In this document: positions 37,171 through 51,452 of the stretch, piece by piece
Numbering within the stretch: the first letter of the stretch is position 1
Layout of the letters: each line of letters opens with the position of its first letter
Assembly (NCBI GenBank): GCA_024137785.1
Contig: JAHRHZ010000063.1
Location: 55,029,647-55,093,646 of the forward strand
DNA from: Ginglymostoma cirratum
Lineage: Eukaryota
Direction: 5' to 3'
Length of the DNA stretch: 64,000 bases
Position numbers and translations under genes: made by a program
Notes under the pieces: model-generated
Told to the model about the DNA's origin: nothing
The model's input: only the letters and a program-made list of their open reading frames with translations
Databases searched by the model: none

Positions 37171-39964
37171 TATATCATTTTCAATTTAATTTAGACCGTT
37201 TACAATTGGTTACTTAATTAATATTTAGCAATTTTTTTTTATTTAGCTAAGCATCAGGAAGTTGGACATTGTTTCTAAGAATACAGGGAGAAATGTGACT
37301 ATAGGTCTTCACCTTACAAGATCTTAAGCTGTTTTCCCTGTCCCCGCTCAAGTCTTTATGGCACCTTCAAATTAGATGGAACTTAACACAGTCTCCAATA
37401 TTAGTCCTTTCAGAACCATTACCTTATACAGCAATACTCTCCTCATCATCTTGTATCATCAAATACTTTGCAAAATCTACAGTCTCAATCATGGTTGTCA
37501 CGATATTTTGGTTGGGATTAACACATGGAGCATTAATCCAAGGACGACATCTGTGCAGCTAGGACTTCCTGCTATTAAAACAAGCACTTTTCATCTCCTA
37601 TTGAAATTGAAATTGCAGCTTCGTTAGGATTCTATGAGCCTTCTTTGCATCCACAATTTCAGTGCAGAAACTTGATTTTTTTCTCCCTCAACATCAAGAT
37701 GGATTTTAAGTATAATACGAACTCTTTGTGGACTGGCAATAAACTCGTTAGTTGTAATTTGACCTGCTTGAACCATGCTTCCTTGAATCTAGCAATACCT
37801 TTTCCACTCAGTAGACAGCCTTAATATGTTTTCTTTATTAAAAAGCTCTGGTATTTTTGCCAGTGTGGATGTTTGCTGAATTCCTATGACAATACTTCTG
37901 GATGTTTTTAATGTTTGGAGTCACATCTTCCAGTTTTCTGTTATGAAAGCATATCCAACAAACCATTGGAAAATGCTAATCACTGAACCATCTATTACAA
38001 CTGATGAAAACCTTCCCCCAGAGAGCAGTGGAGGAAGGATCATTGAATATTTTTAAAGCTGAGTTGAATAAATTCTTCATTGACAAGGGAGTCAAAGGGT
38101 ATGCGGGTAGACAGAAAAGTAGAGGTTATGTTCAATTCAGCCATGAACCGATCAATTGGTGGAGCAGCTTGAGGCGCTGAATTGTATTTTGTATTTACCC
38201 TGGTTTCTATCAATGAAGTTTATGGGTTCCACTTTTGGCCTTGATATTGTTATGAATGATCAAGTCATTCTTTATGACAAAGGCTTTCTTCATAAAGTTC
38301 AATACAAAATATTTTACTTCATTTATCGGTATCTTCTCATAAATATTAATTCTTCTACTTCATTGTCATAACATGACTAGTGACTTCCAATTAAATTTTC
38401 CTTCTCTTTTAATTTACCAAATACAGGTTAATTTATACACAGAGACAGCAACATATATTCCCTGGACAAACTTATTTTCACTCTTGCTGTGATCTGAAGT
38501 TCTCTAGATAGTTCAGTTCAGGTCCAATACGAATATTAACGCAGAGATGGCTTTTTAACCATCATACTTCAATCAGTACTTCCACTTTTGTATTTCCACT
38601 TTCTCTATCTTTCCCAAAACAAACCTCAATCCTCTTGCCACACCTTCCACGTTTGAAGGATTGTGGTCAAAGTCTTTATTTTATCACTGACTTCCCTCAG
38701 CACTGTAGGATATAATCATCAAGTTTTAATGCTTTTTCTACTTTGAGACACAAATTTGTGACACTAATCCCTTATCTACAGTCACACTATTAAGTTGTTT
38801 CCCTCACTCCCCTTCTTGTCTTTCACTTTCACTGCAGCATTCTACAGCATGTTTTGGGGTGAAAACTAGGGTAGAGTCCTTTTGCAACATCTTCACTCTT
38901 CGCCTAAAAATGCATCAGTTTGAAACTGGTCAATAGCAACAGCGCAAAACAAGTTTGTGACAAAGTGGGGTTTTTTATATACTGCAATTGTGTTTAATTT
39001 CACACTGGTTGGAATATATTACCAATATTGTTAATTTCAAAGCATGTAAAAATGAAACTAGAAAACGTGTCTTCGAAAAGAATTTGAGCTATCATTCTGT
39101 GAGGTTTAGGGGAAAGAAAATTGGGTCCAGTGAAAAATTGGATGCCAACACATATGAGGATCTCTGATAGACTGATTCTGTGACCTTAATTTTTAACCTT
39201 CCAGCTGTTCTATTCTTTCATGTTTCTATTTCTTCAATACCTATAACACCTTTGCTAATTTGCCTTTATGTTATTTAACAATATTTCTTCCTTCTTAGCC
39301 TATTATGTTTATTCTGTTATTCTATCCGCTCTATCCACCAATATTGTTACTTTCAAAGCATGTAAAAATGAAACTTATTTTGCAACCTCTACATGTTTCG
39401 CAACCTGCTTGGTCTTGTTTTGAATTGTCAGACCTAAATTATTATACCACATTTCAAAACATCACTTTAATTCTGATTTATCCAAAAGAATGTCAGATTT
39501 TACTGAACTTTCTATTGGTATTGTAATTATTTCTGATGTAGTCTACATCCTAATCACTTTCTGATGAAAACATCTTTTCGTCAGTCTTACCTGCTATCTT
39601 TACAATTCATCTGGACTAGTTTTATTTTAGTTTGATTGAAATTACATTATCACCCATCCCTCCACCTTCACCATTGATCGTTTAATTTGCTTGTAAATAT
39701 TTTACAACTTTTTTAAAGTTGTCACTATTTCTCATAACCCTACCTTTCCTATTTAACCAATGTTACTTTCATAAATTGGGTCCACCATCAACCTTACCTT
39801 ATTATGGTTGTAATGACTGGGTTATGTTGTCAATTAGGATTTGGTTTTAGCATTTGACTACTGTTTAACCCAAATGCGTTTGTCAATTGGTACCCATTTT
39901 ATAAGACCTGTTCAGGGTTCACTTCAAAATTTTTTTTTGCTCACCTCCAAATGCACATATATTA

Positions 39965-40251
39965 GGGGTGGCACAGTGACTTAGTGGTTAGCACTGCTGC
40001 CTCACAGCGCCAGGATCCCGGGTTTGATTCTACCCTCAGGCGACTGTCTGTGTGGAGTTTGCACATTCTCCCAGTGCGGGTTTCCTCTGGATGCTCTGGT
40101 TTCCTCCCACCATCCAAAGATGTGGAGGCCAGGTGGATTAGCCATGGGAAATGCAGGAATGGGGAAGGTCTGGGTGTGATGCTCTTCAGAGAGCCAGAGA
40201 GGACTCAATGGGCCAAATGGCCCATTTCAATACGGTAGGGATTCTATGATT
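39965..40251 (+). mobile_element. HE1-type V-SINE
   Basis: ggggtggcacagtgacttagtggttagcactgctgcctcacagcgccagg...gtagggattctatga. Confidence 0.88.
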
Positions 40252-40339
40252 TTACTTTCTGATTTGCTCGAGATATCCATGCCATGCTGCAAATTAGCTA
40301 CTCTCCTTCATTCCTGTAAAGTGGAAAAACAAATTCATT

Positions 40340-40830
40340 GCAAAGTTCAATATCCAGCAATAGTACTGAAGACCTGTGCTCCCAAACTAACAATGCTGCT
40401 AATCAAGCCATTCCAGGTCAGAAACAAAACTGGTATCTAGCAGTTGCCCAGGTAGATCGCGCCCATTAAAAGCAGGGCAAATCTAATCTAAGCGCCCCAT
40501 CACTCTACTCTCAATCATTAACAACGTGATAGAACAAGTGAATGACAGTAATGCTTAACAATAAGCTGCTCTGTCATTCTCTGTTCAGCTCCTGGCCTCA
40601 TTGCAGCCTCGTCAAACATGGACAAGGGAGCTGAACTCAAAAGGGCAGTGATGGTGACTTCTATTGAGACCATGGCACTGGTTGACTCAGTGCTGCATCA
40701 GGATAGCCCTAGCAAGGCTGCAATTATCGGGAATACTACCTGTTGGTTGGAGGCATACCCAGCACAAAGGAAGATTGTTGTGGCTGTTACAGCTCAATCA
40801 TTTCTGTCATAGAACAGTATTTTTTCAGGG
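40340..40830 (+). mobile_element. CR1-group LINE ORF2 fragment
   Basis: PAIVLKTCAPKL motif in ORF 40246-40440. Confidence 0.7.
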
Positions 40831-40834
40831 TAGG

Positions 40835-41067
40835 TATTCTTAACCAACCTGTTCATGGATGTTATGGCTTACCTGGGGAACATGTGAGACTTGAGATGTG
40901 AGACCAAGCCTACAGGCTCAGAGACAAGACCATCACACCACAAGAGCCCTAGCTTCTCAGATAAGACAACCCCTTCAGAGATGTTGTTATACACCTCTGG
41001 AGTAGTTGGGACTTGAACCCAGGTCTCCTGGTTCAACTGTAGGGTAACTATCCCTGCACCACAAGAA
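40835..41067 (-). mobile_element. Two tandem short tRNA-like SINE units
   Basis: Reverse strand tcttgtggtgcag...gggttcaagtccc...aacatctctgaagggg, then a second more decayed unit. Confidence 0.5.
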
Positions 41068-41232
41068 TCCAAACTCCTCGGGGTAAATTTTTCCTGAGAA
41101 TAAAACACCCATTAGGGGAATAGATATTTTCCAATTGCCCTGTTCAGAGCTGTTGTCCAATTGTAGAATCCCATTTAATGATGGACACTGTTGCAGGTTT
41201 TGCAAATGCTGACTGGTTGGATACAACTGCAC

Positions 41233-41264
41233 CTTGGCTGTTGCAAACAGATGAAGGATATATC
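41233..41264 (-). CDS. Candidate micro-exon (DISFICLQQP)
   Basis: ctctttgtcctgccgttttcag acceptor, AAG|gtgcag donor, 32 nt. Confidence 0.22.
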
Positions 41265-43074
41265 CTGAAAACGGCAGGACAAAGAGCGTTAACAAAATGT
41301 GTCTTATTTCAGTAATACTGAGAAAATAAAAAGATCTTAATCCTACTCTATCGATTTCCTTTTTACATGATTAGTTGACAAAATGCTCTCCACAAATTTT
41401 GGAATTGAGGCAAGGAGGGCAAGGGGAGAGTGGCATTGTAGTGTAACACAGCACAAATGCATCCATTCAGTTTGAGTCTACCTCTGCTCTTTTGAAGGTT
41501 TAGTCCCAGTCGCCTGCACTTTCTTCCTACCCCAATTTCCTTTTCTCTTCAAAGTATTTATCCAATTCCCTTTTGATGGCTGCGTTTGAATTTCTATTTT
41601 CCATCCTCTCAGATGGTGCATTTCAAATCCTGAGAACTTGCTGAGTAACAATGTTCTCTACACATACATACATGAAATTGCAATTTGATGTAATCTCATG
41701 TGGTTTAATTTTTCCTCCCTTTTCACTTATGATTTGCCTGCGGATAGCAATAATAAAATGGCTGCTTTGCTCATTCCCAGCTCAGGGTATTGACGACATT
41801 CAGCAGGAGAAAGCTTTGTCAGCACATTCAGTTTTCTTGTTCACAAGGAATGCTGAATGAGACTTAATGGTCTCTTGATGTAGGGTGTAACTTATATCAC
41901 AAGCAAATAAGACAAAGATCCACAGATTTGAAAACTGTTCTCTTTAAGGGGTGACAGGGCTTTCAAAAGATCTAATGCTTGCCTTGATAAGTTATCAGAG
42001 ACACAAGAACAAAGAAGTAGATGAAGTTTGATTTTCTAAAATCAAAGGGGGAATATAATTTTTTTCTTTGCGTGAATATTGATGAAATCATCGACTTTGT
42101 CAAAACTCAGTAAAACAAAATAATACTTAGTTTATATTTAGCAATGGGACAACGGAACTTCATCTGCTGCCTATGGCAGTGCCAGCGCCTGTGTTGATGA
42201 TAAAGCTCACATACCCTTCCATAACACAATTTACCTACTATGCTGAATTTCCAATAATAATCTTTTCCAATCCACCTTACATTTACATTTAATCTTCACT
42301 TATCTATGTTTCACTACAACATAGCACACAATGCTTATACTTTTCACTTTATCATTACAAACTTGTAATTAAGGTATCCATTTCACCTTAGTTTTCCTCC
42401 TCAATTTCTTGTCATAAACATTACTTAGGTGGGCTTTATTCTGCCCCTATAAGATTTGTGGTCGTATAATTAATTGGCAACTAATGATCGATCAAATCTG
42501 GCAATTCAAAAGTTATTTTCCATCCATGGCTAATTGAAAACACTGAGACAAGCTTAGCAAACTTGAACTCCGCTTGACACCCAACTGATGAGGAAAACTG
42601 TTCATGTATGGGCAGACACAATGTGAGTGCACATCTTCGATGACAACTGGAAATTGTTACCCGGAGACTCAATGAACTTAAAATAATGGGCTCAAACTGC
42701 TTAAGAGGGAAAAAATGTTTTCAAAAGACTTGGCATCCACTAAGACATCTGTGATGGTTGGTTCCCCCAGTGCCTGGCTTATATTACAAGTGTTGCAAAT
42801 GGTCACATCTGCCTGCAACTTCTGAATTAATCATGGATTCAGTCTCACTGGGACTATTTTGAAAGCACCGACACGGTGACACCAGTGTTTGCCCCGCTCC
42901 TCCAACTGGAAATACAATCGACAAGTGCTCAGGAAGGGACACTATAATTATAATGGCTCAAACAAAAAAAAAAGGTTTTAAATTAGAACTTATTTCTCAT
43001 CCTCAATAACATAAGCAGTATGCTTTGATGAACGCGAGTTGCAAAAGGAGAGATTAAGCAGGCGTGCAAAAGAC

Positions 43075-43167
43075 CTTGATAATACAATCCTTCCAGTAGA
43101 TTGTCTGGCTCCTGAATTTGTGGAAGGTGTGCCTTTGAACAGGATCAGGGATGGGCAGAATCCGTTC
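43075..43167 (-). CDS. Candidate coding exon (ERILPIPDPVQRHTFHKFRSQTIYWKDCIIK)
   Basis: gtgttag acceptor, weak AAG|gtcttt donor, 93 nt open frame. Confidence 0.25.
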
Positions 43168-43582
43168 CTAACACACACAATTTCAATATGTGGGTCTGGA
43201 TTGATTCAGAGAGTTTGACCAATTGCTGTACACACAAAAGTATACTCTGCCCAATCAGACCCGCAAAATCCTCATGTTCATATGTAGCAAGACTTCAACA
43301 GTGTTCAGGCTGATTAATACAAAGTAACACGCATGCAACAAAATACAGATTATGGTCATTTTCAACAAGAGAGAATCTAACTATGATCCTTTGAATCTCA
43401 ATAGCATTATCATTGCTGAGTCTCCCACAACCTAAGGGTTATCTTTGGTCAGAAACTGGACTGGATCAGCCATATAAACATTGTGACTTCAAGAGCAACT
43501 CAGACACTAGGAATTCTGTTGCAAGTAGTTTGCCTCTTGACCAATCAAAGTCTGTCCACCATCTGTAAGTCAGGAGAGTGAG

Positions 43583-46500
43583 TGAAATAACTCCAGAGGC
43601 CGGTATCCCATCACCAAGTCACCCTTTATTGACACATGGAAAGTCCTTGACACTGATCCAGCTCCCTCAGAGCCAGCCCACAGAGTGAACGGGATGTCTG
43701 ACACTCCTGTTTATTCCTGTCAGCCAGGGCCCCCTGATTGGACCCAATTAACAACTGCAATCAGGGAATCCATATTCTATGAGGGCTACCTAGCTAACCT
43801 TGTTGCAATCATTAAATCAAACACCCATTATGTTCAAGGACATAGGATGGTCCTTCGTCTTATAACACCTCCTGGGGTATTTTAGCACTGGGTCAGCATT
43901 CTCTGATTCTGTGTTGGATACAGATGGCATGTGATGCACAGGAGCTCACCTCTCATGCCCGGAAAGTCTAGGGAGAAATTCACTCTCTTCTTCCAGTGGC
44001 AAAGGTGTCGATGCAGCACCATGTCCATCTCAGATTCAGAGGTCTTTTCAACTCTTGACAAAAAGGGAGAATGCACAGGTTCTGAGAAGCAGAGGCACAT
44101 TTTGCTCCCTCATAAGTTTGTGGTTTTGCAGCTTTCATTTGGTCCATGTGCTTGTTCAAGACCATAGCACCTACCCGACCATCACTGGACCTGACCCCAC
44201 GCCAACCATGCTTCATACCTAAACTGGGCCATTTCCATGCTTCCTACTCCAAACTTAGTCCTCTAAAGTCAACTGTCTCTCTCACTTAGCAGAGTCTTGT
44301 GTCTGGCATTGGTATTCCTGATGTCATTTCACCCTCCCCCTCAGATCCAGGAAGATCAGATTTGAGCTGGTGCGGAGTCTTCCCCTGTTGGCAACTCTGC
44401 TGGAGCTATCCCCCATTGTTGCATGAGGGATGATCCAATAATCAAATAGGAACTGGGATAGTTTGGTACCTAGTAGGCTGTTTCTTCAAGCCTGCCTTCA
44501 AATTTTGGACTGCTCTTTCTGCCACGCCATTAGATGACGGATGGTACGGAGCTGTCCTTATATGTCAAATCCCATTTGACTTCAGGAAATTCCCTACTGG
44601 TAAATGATGGCCTGTTATCTACGGCCAACACTTCTGGGACTCCATGTATTGCAAAAGATGCACGCAGTTTTTCCATCATTGTTCCTGTGTTTGACAAGCA
44701 AACTCGTTGCATGTTTAGCAAATTTGAGTGGGCATCCAGAATGACTGGGAACTTAGAGGCCACGAAAGGAGCTGTATGGTCATTGTGCAAACTGAGTCCA
44801 GTGTTTACCCAGCCTTCCACAAATGTGGGGGAGCTGCTGGTGGTAATTTTTGCCCTTGTTGGCACTCTGGGCATTGCCATACTAGGCAGCTATGTCTGCA
44901 TCCAACCCTGGCAGTGACATTTGCTCAGGACAGTCACTCTTGCTCCCCATAATAATATGCTGTCCTCTACTTCACTTAGTCTTATTGGATCCAGAGAGGT
45001 TTCAATTTTGGTTGTGACAGCCTCTTGCATATCCCCCATTACCACTAGCTGTTTTAGTTTTGCCAGGGCTGGATCTTTCTGCATTAAAAATATGATATTA
45101 CGAAAACCATTACAGACTCTTCCAGTGGCAGCACCACCAGTGGTGTATCTGCCAGCAGGAGGCAGCTCAATGCATCTGCATTCGCTACTTGTTCTCCCAG
45201 ACGATGTTCCAACTTGTAACTATATACACTTACTATTAGAGCCCACTGCTGATTTCAACCTGAAGCTATGGGCAGCACTGCCTTGTCCTCTCTACATTGA
45301 CCTAGCAGGGGTTTGTGATCTGTTATTATTGCAAATTTATTTCCGTAAAAGTAATGGTGGAACTTCCTGATTCAAAATATGACCACCAAACCTTCCTTCT
45401 CTATCTGGGCATATTTATGCTTTGCATTAGCCAAAGTCCTGGATGCACACACGATTGGGTGTTTTTCTCCACTGTATCCCGGTGCTGTAAAGGGAGGCAG
45501 AACATGTCAATACCAGATCTCGCTTGGGATTTCCTTGGAGGATGATAGCTGTTTCTTCACTGCCCTGAAAGCTATGGTTTGGCTAAGCATTTGCAAGGCT
45601 GACTATTTTTTAGGAGTTAATGCAAAGGGGCCAGGATGGATACCAGGTAATGTACAAACTTTCCTTAAAAGTTCACCAACCCAAGGAAAGACCTAAGCTC
45701 CATTACAGAGATGGGGCAACTTTGATCACCCTCACTTTATCTTCCAATGGATGTAACCTGGTCTTGTCAACTCTGTAGCCCAAGTGGGTCATTTGGGGTG
45801 CCTGGAACACACATTTTGCGCTCCTTAGGTGTACGCTCGCCTGGGAGAAATGTCTAAGGACAATGTCCAAGTTCTCCGATGCTCCTTATCGTTCTTCATT
45901 GTTATTAGCACATTATCTAGATAAATGGCGACGTGGGATAGACCTCGCAAACGTATCTTCATTGTCCTCTGAAAATTTGCACAGGCTGCGAATTCCCCAA
46001 ATGGCAGTATCGTATATTGGTACAAACCCATATGGGTATTAATTGTAGCATACTCCTGGGAATCCTTATCTAACGCATGGCTCATGTGCAGCTTCGTGAA
46101 GGACAGTCCCCTTGCCCGCTTTGTGTATAAATCCTCCATGGGAAGGATTGGGTATTTATCCAGCTGCAAAAATGGTTTGCTGTTTGTTTAAGGCGAATTG
46201 GCCCGACAGGCTTCAAAGTCGGTACGAGCGGTGCTGCCCATTCTACAAACTGCACTGGTTTGATGATTCGGTTTTGCTTTCCAGCCTCCTAATTTCTGCC
46301 TCTACTTTTGCCCATAAGGCAAATGGGACTGGGATGGCCTTGCAGAATCGTGGAAATGCTTCCCGGTCAACATGCAAGGTGCCCTTGGCTCCTTTGATAG
46401 TTCCGAGACTAACCTGAAAAACATTCGTGAATTTAATTGGGACTTCACTCGGGCAGCTATTTTCTAATTGAAAAATGTTGAGCCAATCTGGGTGAATGTC

Positions 46501-47515
46501 TCTTAACCAATTTTGCCCCATCAAGCTTGGGCTTTTACTAGAATCACCGGTAGTTTAACCAGCTGCTTCACTTCACAGACCAGAACTGAAGTTGTACCCT
46601 TAATCTGTAAAGGTTCCCCAGTATAGGATCTTAGCCTAGCTGAGGTCTTGCACAAATGTAAGAGTTGGAGTCCAAAGCGGATTTTGTTAAAGACTGGTTT
46701 CTGTGATCAGTGAAATGGCCGCACTAGTATCAACCTCCATTAGAACCGGATGATCATTTAACCAGATGTTTATTTTGATAGATTCTGATTAAGACGTTGC
46801 TTAGAAATTTAAGTGTTCCAAGCCAAATGTAGGTGGGCTTTCCAGGATGTGCACGCTCCTGAATACTGCTCTATCAGTTCTCTTCCTAATGTAGCTCTGG
46901 TAGGACTCCTTTGCTGTCTCGAATCCACATACCAACAGCATCAACAATGGTTTGTTGGCCCGGATCCTGACAGAAATCTTAACTGTTTGGTCGAGGCTTG
47001 GCTTTGTTTCAGGGCTTTTGCTGTGGGCTCACCAAGATTCGCTCTGTTCAGGATACAGTATGTGCTGAGTGAGGCTATGCAATTGTCTTCACTCAAGTGG
47101 TGTTCCCCAGGCTCAGTCAGACTAGCGAGGGTGTTCACTTCCATCGGAATACCCTGCAAATTGTCTGGTTCACTTATTGCATTTTCCAATGATAAAACCA
47201 GTTATGCTGCCTGTTTGAAGTCCAGTTGGACTTCAGATAGTAGCTGGTTTTGCATGGTTACATCATTAATCCCACATACCAACCAGGCTCTCAGCATCTC
47301 ATTGAGGGTTAAACCCAAAGTCACATGCCTCTGCCAGTCTTCTTTAACCTCGTCAAAAATCCCAACATGGATTCCCTTGGTTCTCGAATTGCCAAGTAAA
47401 AGCACTAGCATCTCTGAATTAGAGGAAGCTTGGAGTTGTAATAATCCTTAACTAAATCCATCAACTCCTGAAAGGTTTTAGTATCTGGTGCCTCAGGGAA
47501 AGTCAAGCTCCTAAG
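43583..47515 (-). mobile_element. Gypsy/Ty3 LTR retrotransposon (Mag-like), 5' LTR missing, decayed
   Basis: 3' LTR 43583-43816; gag, protease, RT (LDKYPILPMEDL, YLDNVLI), integrase (DAHS, FAIHGVPEVLAVDN). Confidence 0.9.
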
Positions 47516-48244
47516 CACCCGAATACAGGTAGAGCAAAACTGGAGCTAGAACCATTACTGCCAACTCTGAGTAATGGAAAATGTAGGTGATCAAACTAAA
47601 CCTCTAAAGTTCAGTTCTAATGGGCATTCAAAGATCCTAAACCGATTTAGATACCAGTACTAAATTGGTCCTTTAAGGGATTGATCTTACCCTTTCTTGA
47701 CCCTATCCAAAGATACGTTATCCTCAGGGCTAGGATCTGCTTGGAGCGTCACTTCAATTGCTTGGCCCTCTTGCAGGGATGTATGAATGCTGACTTAACC
47801 TTGTTGCTTTCTACAACAATTGGATTGATTGCAAAAACTATTGATGACAATCAGTTCTAATTTAACATCATCCAGCAACTTCAGTTATTGAGCTATCTTA
47901 TTAATTGTCCCTTGCTGCTGGGGACGTGTAGAGTGTATTTTTGGCCAGATGCATTTGGTAAACCCCAGTCAAGTAGCTGCATGGTGCTTTCAAAACAGTC
48001 CCAGTGAGACTTGATCCCTTATTAATCCAGAAGTCACAGCCAGATGTGACTCTTCCCACATACGTTAGGCCCTGGGGGAGGTAGACAACACAGATACTTA
48101 AATGGATACTGAGTCTTTTGAAAACATTTTGACAATATTCCCTTAAGTATTTTGTGGTCACAATGAGTCAGGGCTTTCCCTGGTTTTCTTCAATGAATTT
48201 CTTTAAAGGCCTTAGAACTTTATACGTTCATCTGAAAGTACAAA

Positions 48245-48315
48245 CAGGACCTCAGTTTAATGTTTCATTTGAAAGACCGCACTTCTGACAGTGCAGCACT
48301 CCTTCAGTACTGCAG
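48245..48315 (-). mobile_element. DeuSINE Deu-domain fragment
   Basis: cctcagtttaatgtttcatttgaaagaccgcacttctgacagtgcagcactccttcagtactgca. Confidence 0.6.
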
Positions 48316-49352
48316 CAAGCAGCTTGAAGTATGGCCTGATGGAACTTGGCTCTCACCCACACCAAAAATAATGTAACATTGATTTCACCAAGCATCCATG
48401 CTACAAATGTTCAACCATGAATACTGGCACATCTCAGTAATAACTTCATTTCTTCACTATCAAGTTCACGACAGATACACACTGCATGTGGTTGCAGTTA
48501 ATATCATACATTTGTCATATTAGTGGGTCTTTCTCCTTATGCGGGATAAATTGGATTAATCGTAAGGGAGTATTTAAATATTGTTCATCAAATTGAGGCA
48601 ATATTTTATGGGACCAACCTCCTCCAGCTTCTTAAATTACAGGAATCCTAGTAGATTGGGAATGTAAGAAACAATACTGCCCTCCATAGGATCCAGGGAG
48701 TGCTGCAGGTTGTTTGATATATTGTGACTCTCAAACAGGATACGCAAGAGTATCTCTTAACAGAGATACAATGAATTGTTTCTTGCTGATTTTTATTAGG
48801 CAGGGATATTAAGCGATTTGGAGCGGTGGAGTTGAGGAACAGTTCAGGCATGATCTCATTAAGTGGTGGAGCAGGTTTGAGTAGGTGAATCGCCAATGTT
48901 CTACTCCAATGTTCTGAACCTTGTTGACTGCAGTTATACGGTCATGGCACAGCATCATTTTTGCTATTGTGAATTGCAATGAATACTTTTATACATTGTG
49001 AAATAAAGAATAAGCCGGTTTAATTTTGGGAGCGTTAGTTGAAAGTCGTTGCTGCTTTTGGTACGAGAAGGTGTTATTTTTTAATGATCAAACATGCAGA
49101 TGCGATCTTTAGTATCCTCTTGACCACAAAAGCAAGGCCTCAGTTTAACACACCATATTTACTTCACAGCATCTCTGACAATACAGCACTGCCGCAGTGA
49201 CACACTGAATTGGCAGATGGTAACTCGAACCCAGATACCACTGACTCAACCAAAACTCAAAACTAAACAGTAACAATATGAAAGATGTTATGAAACCAAT
49301 CTTTAGACTATGCTGTGAAGATCGTGTATTGCTTAATTAAAAGCAGACACTC

Positions 49353-49685
49353 AGGGGAGGTGATGGCCTACTGGTATTATCACTAACTATTAATCCAGTA
49401 GATTTAGCTAATGTCGTGGGTTTGAATCCCACCGTAGAAAATGGTGGAATTTGAATTTAACAAAAAAAACCTGCAATCAAAAAGCTAGCTATTGACAGCT
49501 ATGTAACCATTGTTAATTGCTGTAGTGAACCCGATGGGTTTCTAATGCCCTTTAGGGAAAGAAAATCTGCCTTCTTTACTTGGTCTGGCCTACATGTTAC
49601 TCCAGACGCACAGAAATGCAGTTGACTCTTAATCTGCCCTCTGGGCAATACGTGCTGGCCAGTGATGCTCTCATCTCATGAATTT
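49353..49685 (+). mobile_element. tRNA-derived SINE with CR1-group tail
   Basis: ggggaggtgatggcctactggtattatcact head; same family as 9080-9425. Confidence 0.75.
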
Positions 49686-49887
49686 AAAAAAACTTTTTAT
49701 GGTGGCGCAAAAATTTAAAAGGATAAAGAATTTGCTTCTTCCATCCTGTAAGAATTCATGTGTCCCATGATACACAGCATTGTGGTAAATATAAATGGTT
49801 AACCAACATTGAAAATTTCCATCTTTATTTGTATGAGCTCTGATTTGCCATGGTCTGTGTCACTAAACAAACTGGAGTGAGACTCAC

Positions 49888-49991
49888 CTTGGAGACATCT
49901 TTGAGCTTCCACTCAGGACAAGTCCTGCCTTGCCATATTTTGTGACCCAAACATGTCCCTTTACATTCATTTTGATACTTGTTATGGAAAA
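49888..49991 (-). CDS. Candidate coding exon (FHNKYQNECKGTCLGHKIWQGRTCPEWKLKDVSK)
   Basis: ttctgttcctatcgcag acceptor, consensus AAG|gtgagt donor, 104 nt. Confidence 0.3.
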
Positions 49992-50783
49992 CTGCGATAG
50001 GAACAGAACTCAGTACAGTACATCTAGCTGTGAGGTGCGTACTTGAGGAAGGAGACAGGTCATAGAGGCATTAATAAAGACTGCTTTGACTTTGTGACTG
50101 CACAAATTTCGCTAATTAACGTTAAAGCGCATTATTTATTTAAGAATATGTGCAACGAGGCCAATGAAGAAGACTAATTCCTCTACACTTGACTAATTTT
50201 CAGCACTGATGCAGAAGGTGCAACAAGGAAGACGGTCATTTTTGGAGTAAAAGGCTATTTAATTCCAATATCGAATTTGAGCTGAGTTCTTTTAACCTCC
50301 TGTTGGACCTGATGGCAACTATAGAAGAAGTTCACAGCATCAGAGGTGTTTACGTTACTCATTTTGACATTCCTTTGTGAATGAATTTTCACTTGTGGGT
50401 GAGCTCAATAAAACATAAAATAGTTACTAACCATTCCTACAGAGAAATAAGGAGAAGATTCTTTACCTATGGACAAAGTATGGAACCTGCTACCATAAGG
50501 AGCAGCTGAAACAAGTAACATTGATGTAATTAAGTGGATGCCTGGTAAGCACATAAGGGAGAAAGGAATCATAGGTTATGCTGATGGGTTAGATGGAAAG
50601 GGAAAGGAGTAGGACTACTTGGAGTCTAACTGTTGACACAGACCGGTTGGGCTGAATGGCATGTTTCTGTGGTATATATCCTGTACAATTCTCTATAACC
50701 ATAAAAATCATGACACAAAACCCAATGAAATCATAAGGTACTGGAAATAATGTCCGGCAGCACCTCTGCGATAAGCGAAACAG

Positions 50784-51452
50784 TGAGCTGGATTTTATAT
50801 ATGGATGTCTTCCTGCCCCCCACTGGAAAGGTTTGACGTAATCCTGCAGACTCAGTTGGTGGTTGCCGGCAGCTCTGATATTCCAGGGTGGCATTCATTG
50901 ATTCCGCCTGTAATCCCTGCAGCACCAAGATCCACCAATGGGACAATAGGAATTCCATAAGAAGTGTGAGGGTGCCTTGGCTCAGAGGTTAGTCAGGTAT
51001 CATGGAATGGGATTCACTGGAATTTGCCAGCAAAGGGTGTGGGCATGATGGAAAGGCTAGTTAGAGGCTGGAGTTTGTGGTGTAGGACAGTTAAACATTG
51101 GGTGTTTCAATGGTGGGAGGGGGAGGGTGTGCGAGTCCTCATTGGTAGTATAGGAAACAAGTCCTGGAGTTCGGGAGAAAGATGTGGGGCTATAAGATGA
51201 CCAGAAAGTAGGGAAGAGCAAGACCACAAAGAGAATTTGTCATTAGCCTCTCTACTCCCCTTGCCACCTCACATGCCATGTGCCCTGCTACTTTGCTCAG
51301 GGAGTGGGCAGCGAATGAAGCACCAGCTGAGACGGTGAGGTCTCTATCTATGAGCTCGTCTGGGTCAGCAGTTTTGAAGGATACCAGTTCGGGACATCAG
51401 GCGCTGGGCAAAAGAAACTTCAGCCTAATGGGTGAAGCTTTCATTCCAGCCC
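50784..51452. mobile_element. Possible non-autonomous DNA transposon
   Basis: GC-richer block with imperfect terminal inverted repeat gagctggatttt / ttcattccagccc. Confidence 0.3.

Noticed and set aside
39965-40040. tRNA gene
   Set aside because: tRNA-like head of an HE1 SINE, not a full cloverleaf
46813-47451. 212-aa plus-strand ORF
   Set aside because: Antisense to decayed Gypsy gag; no independent coding evidence
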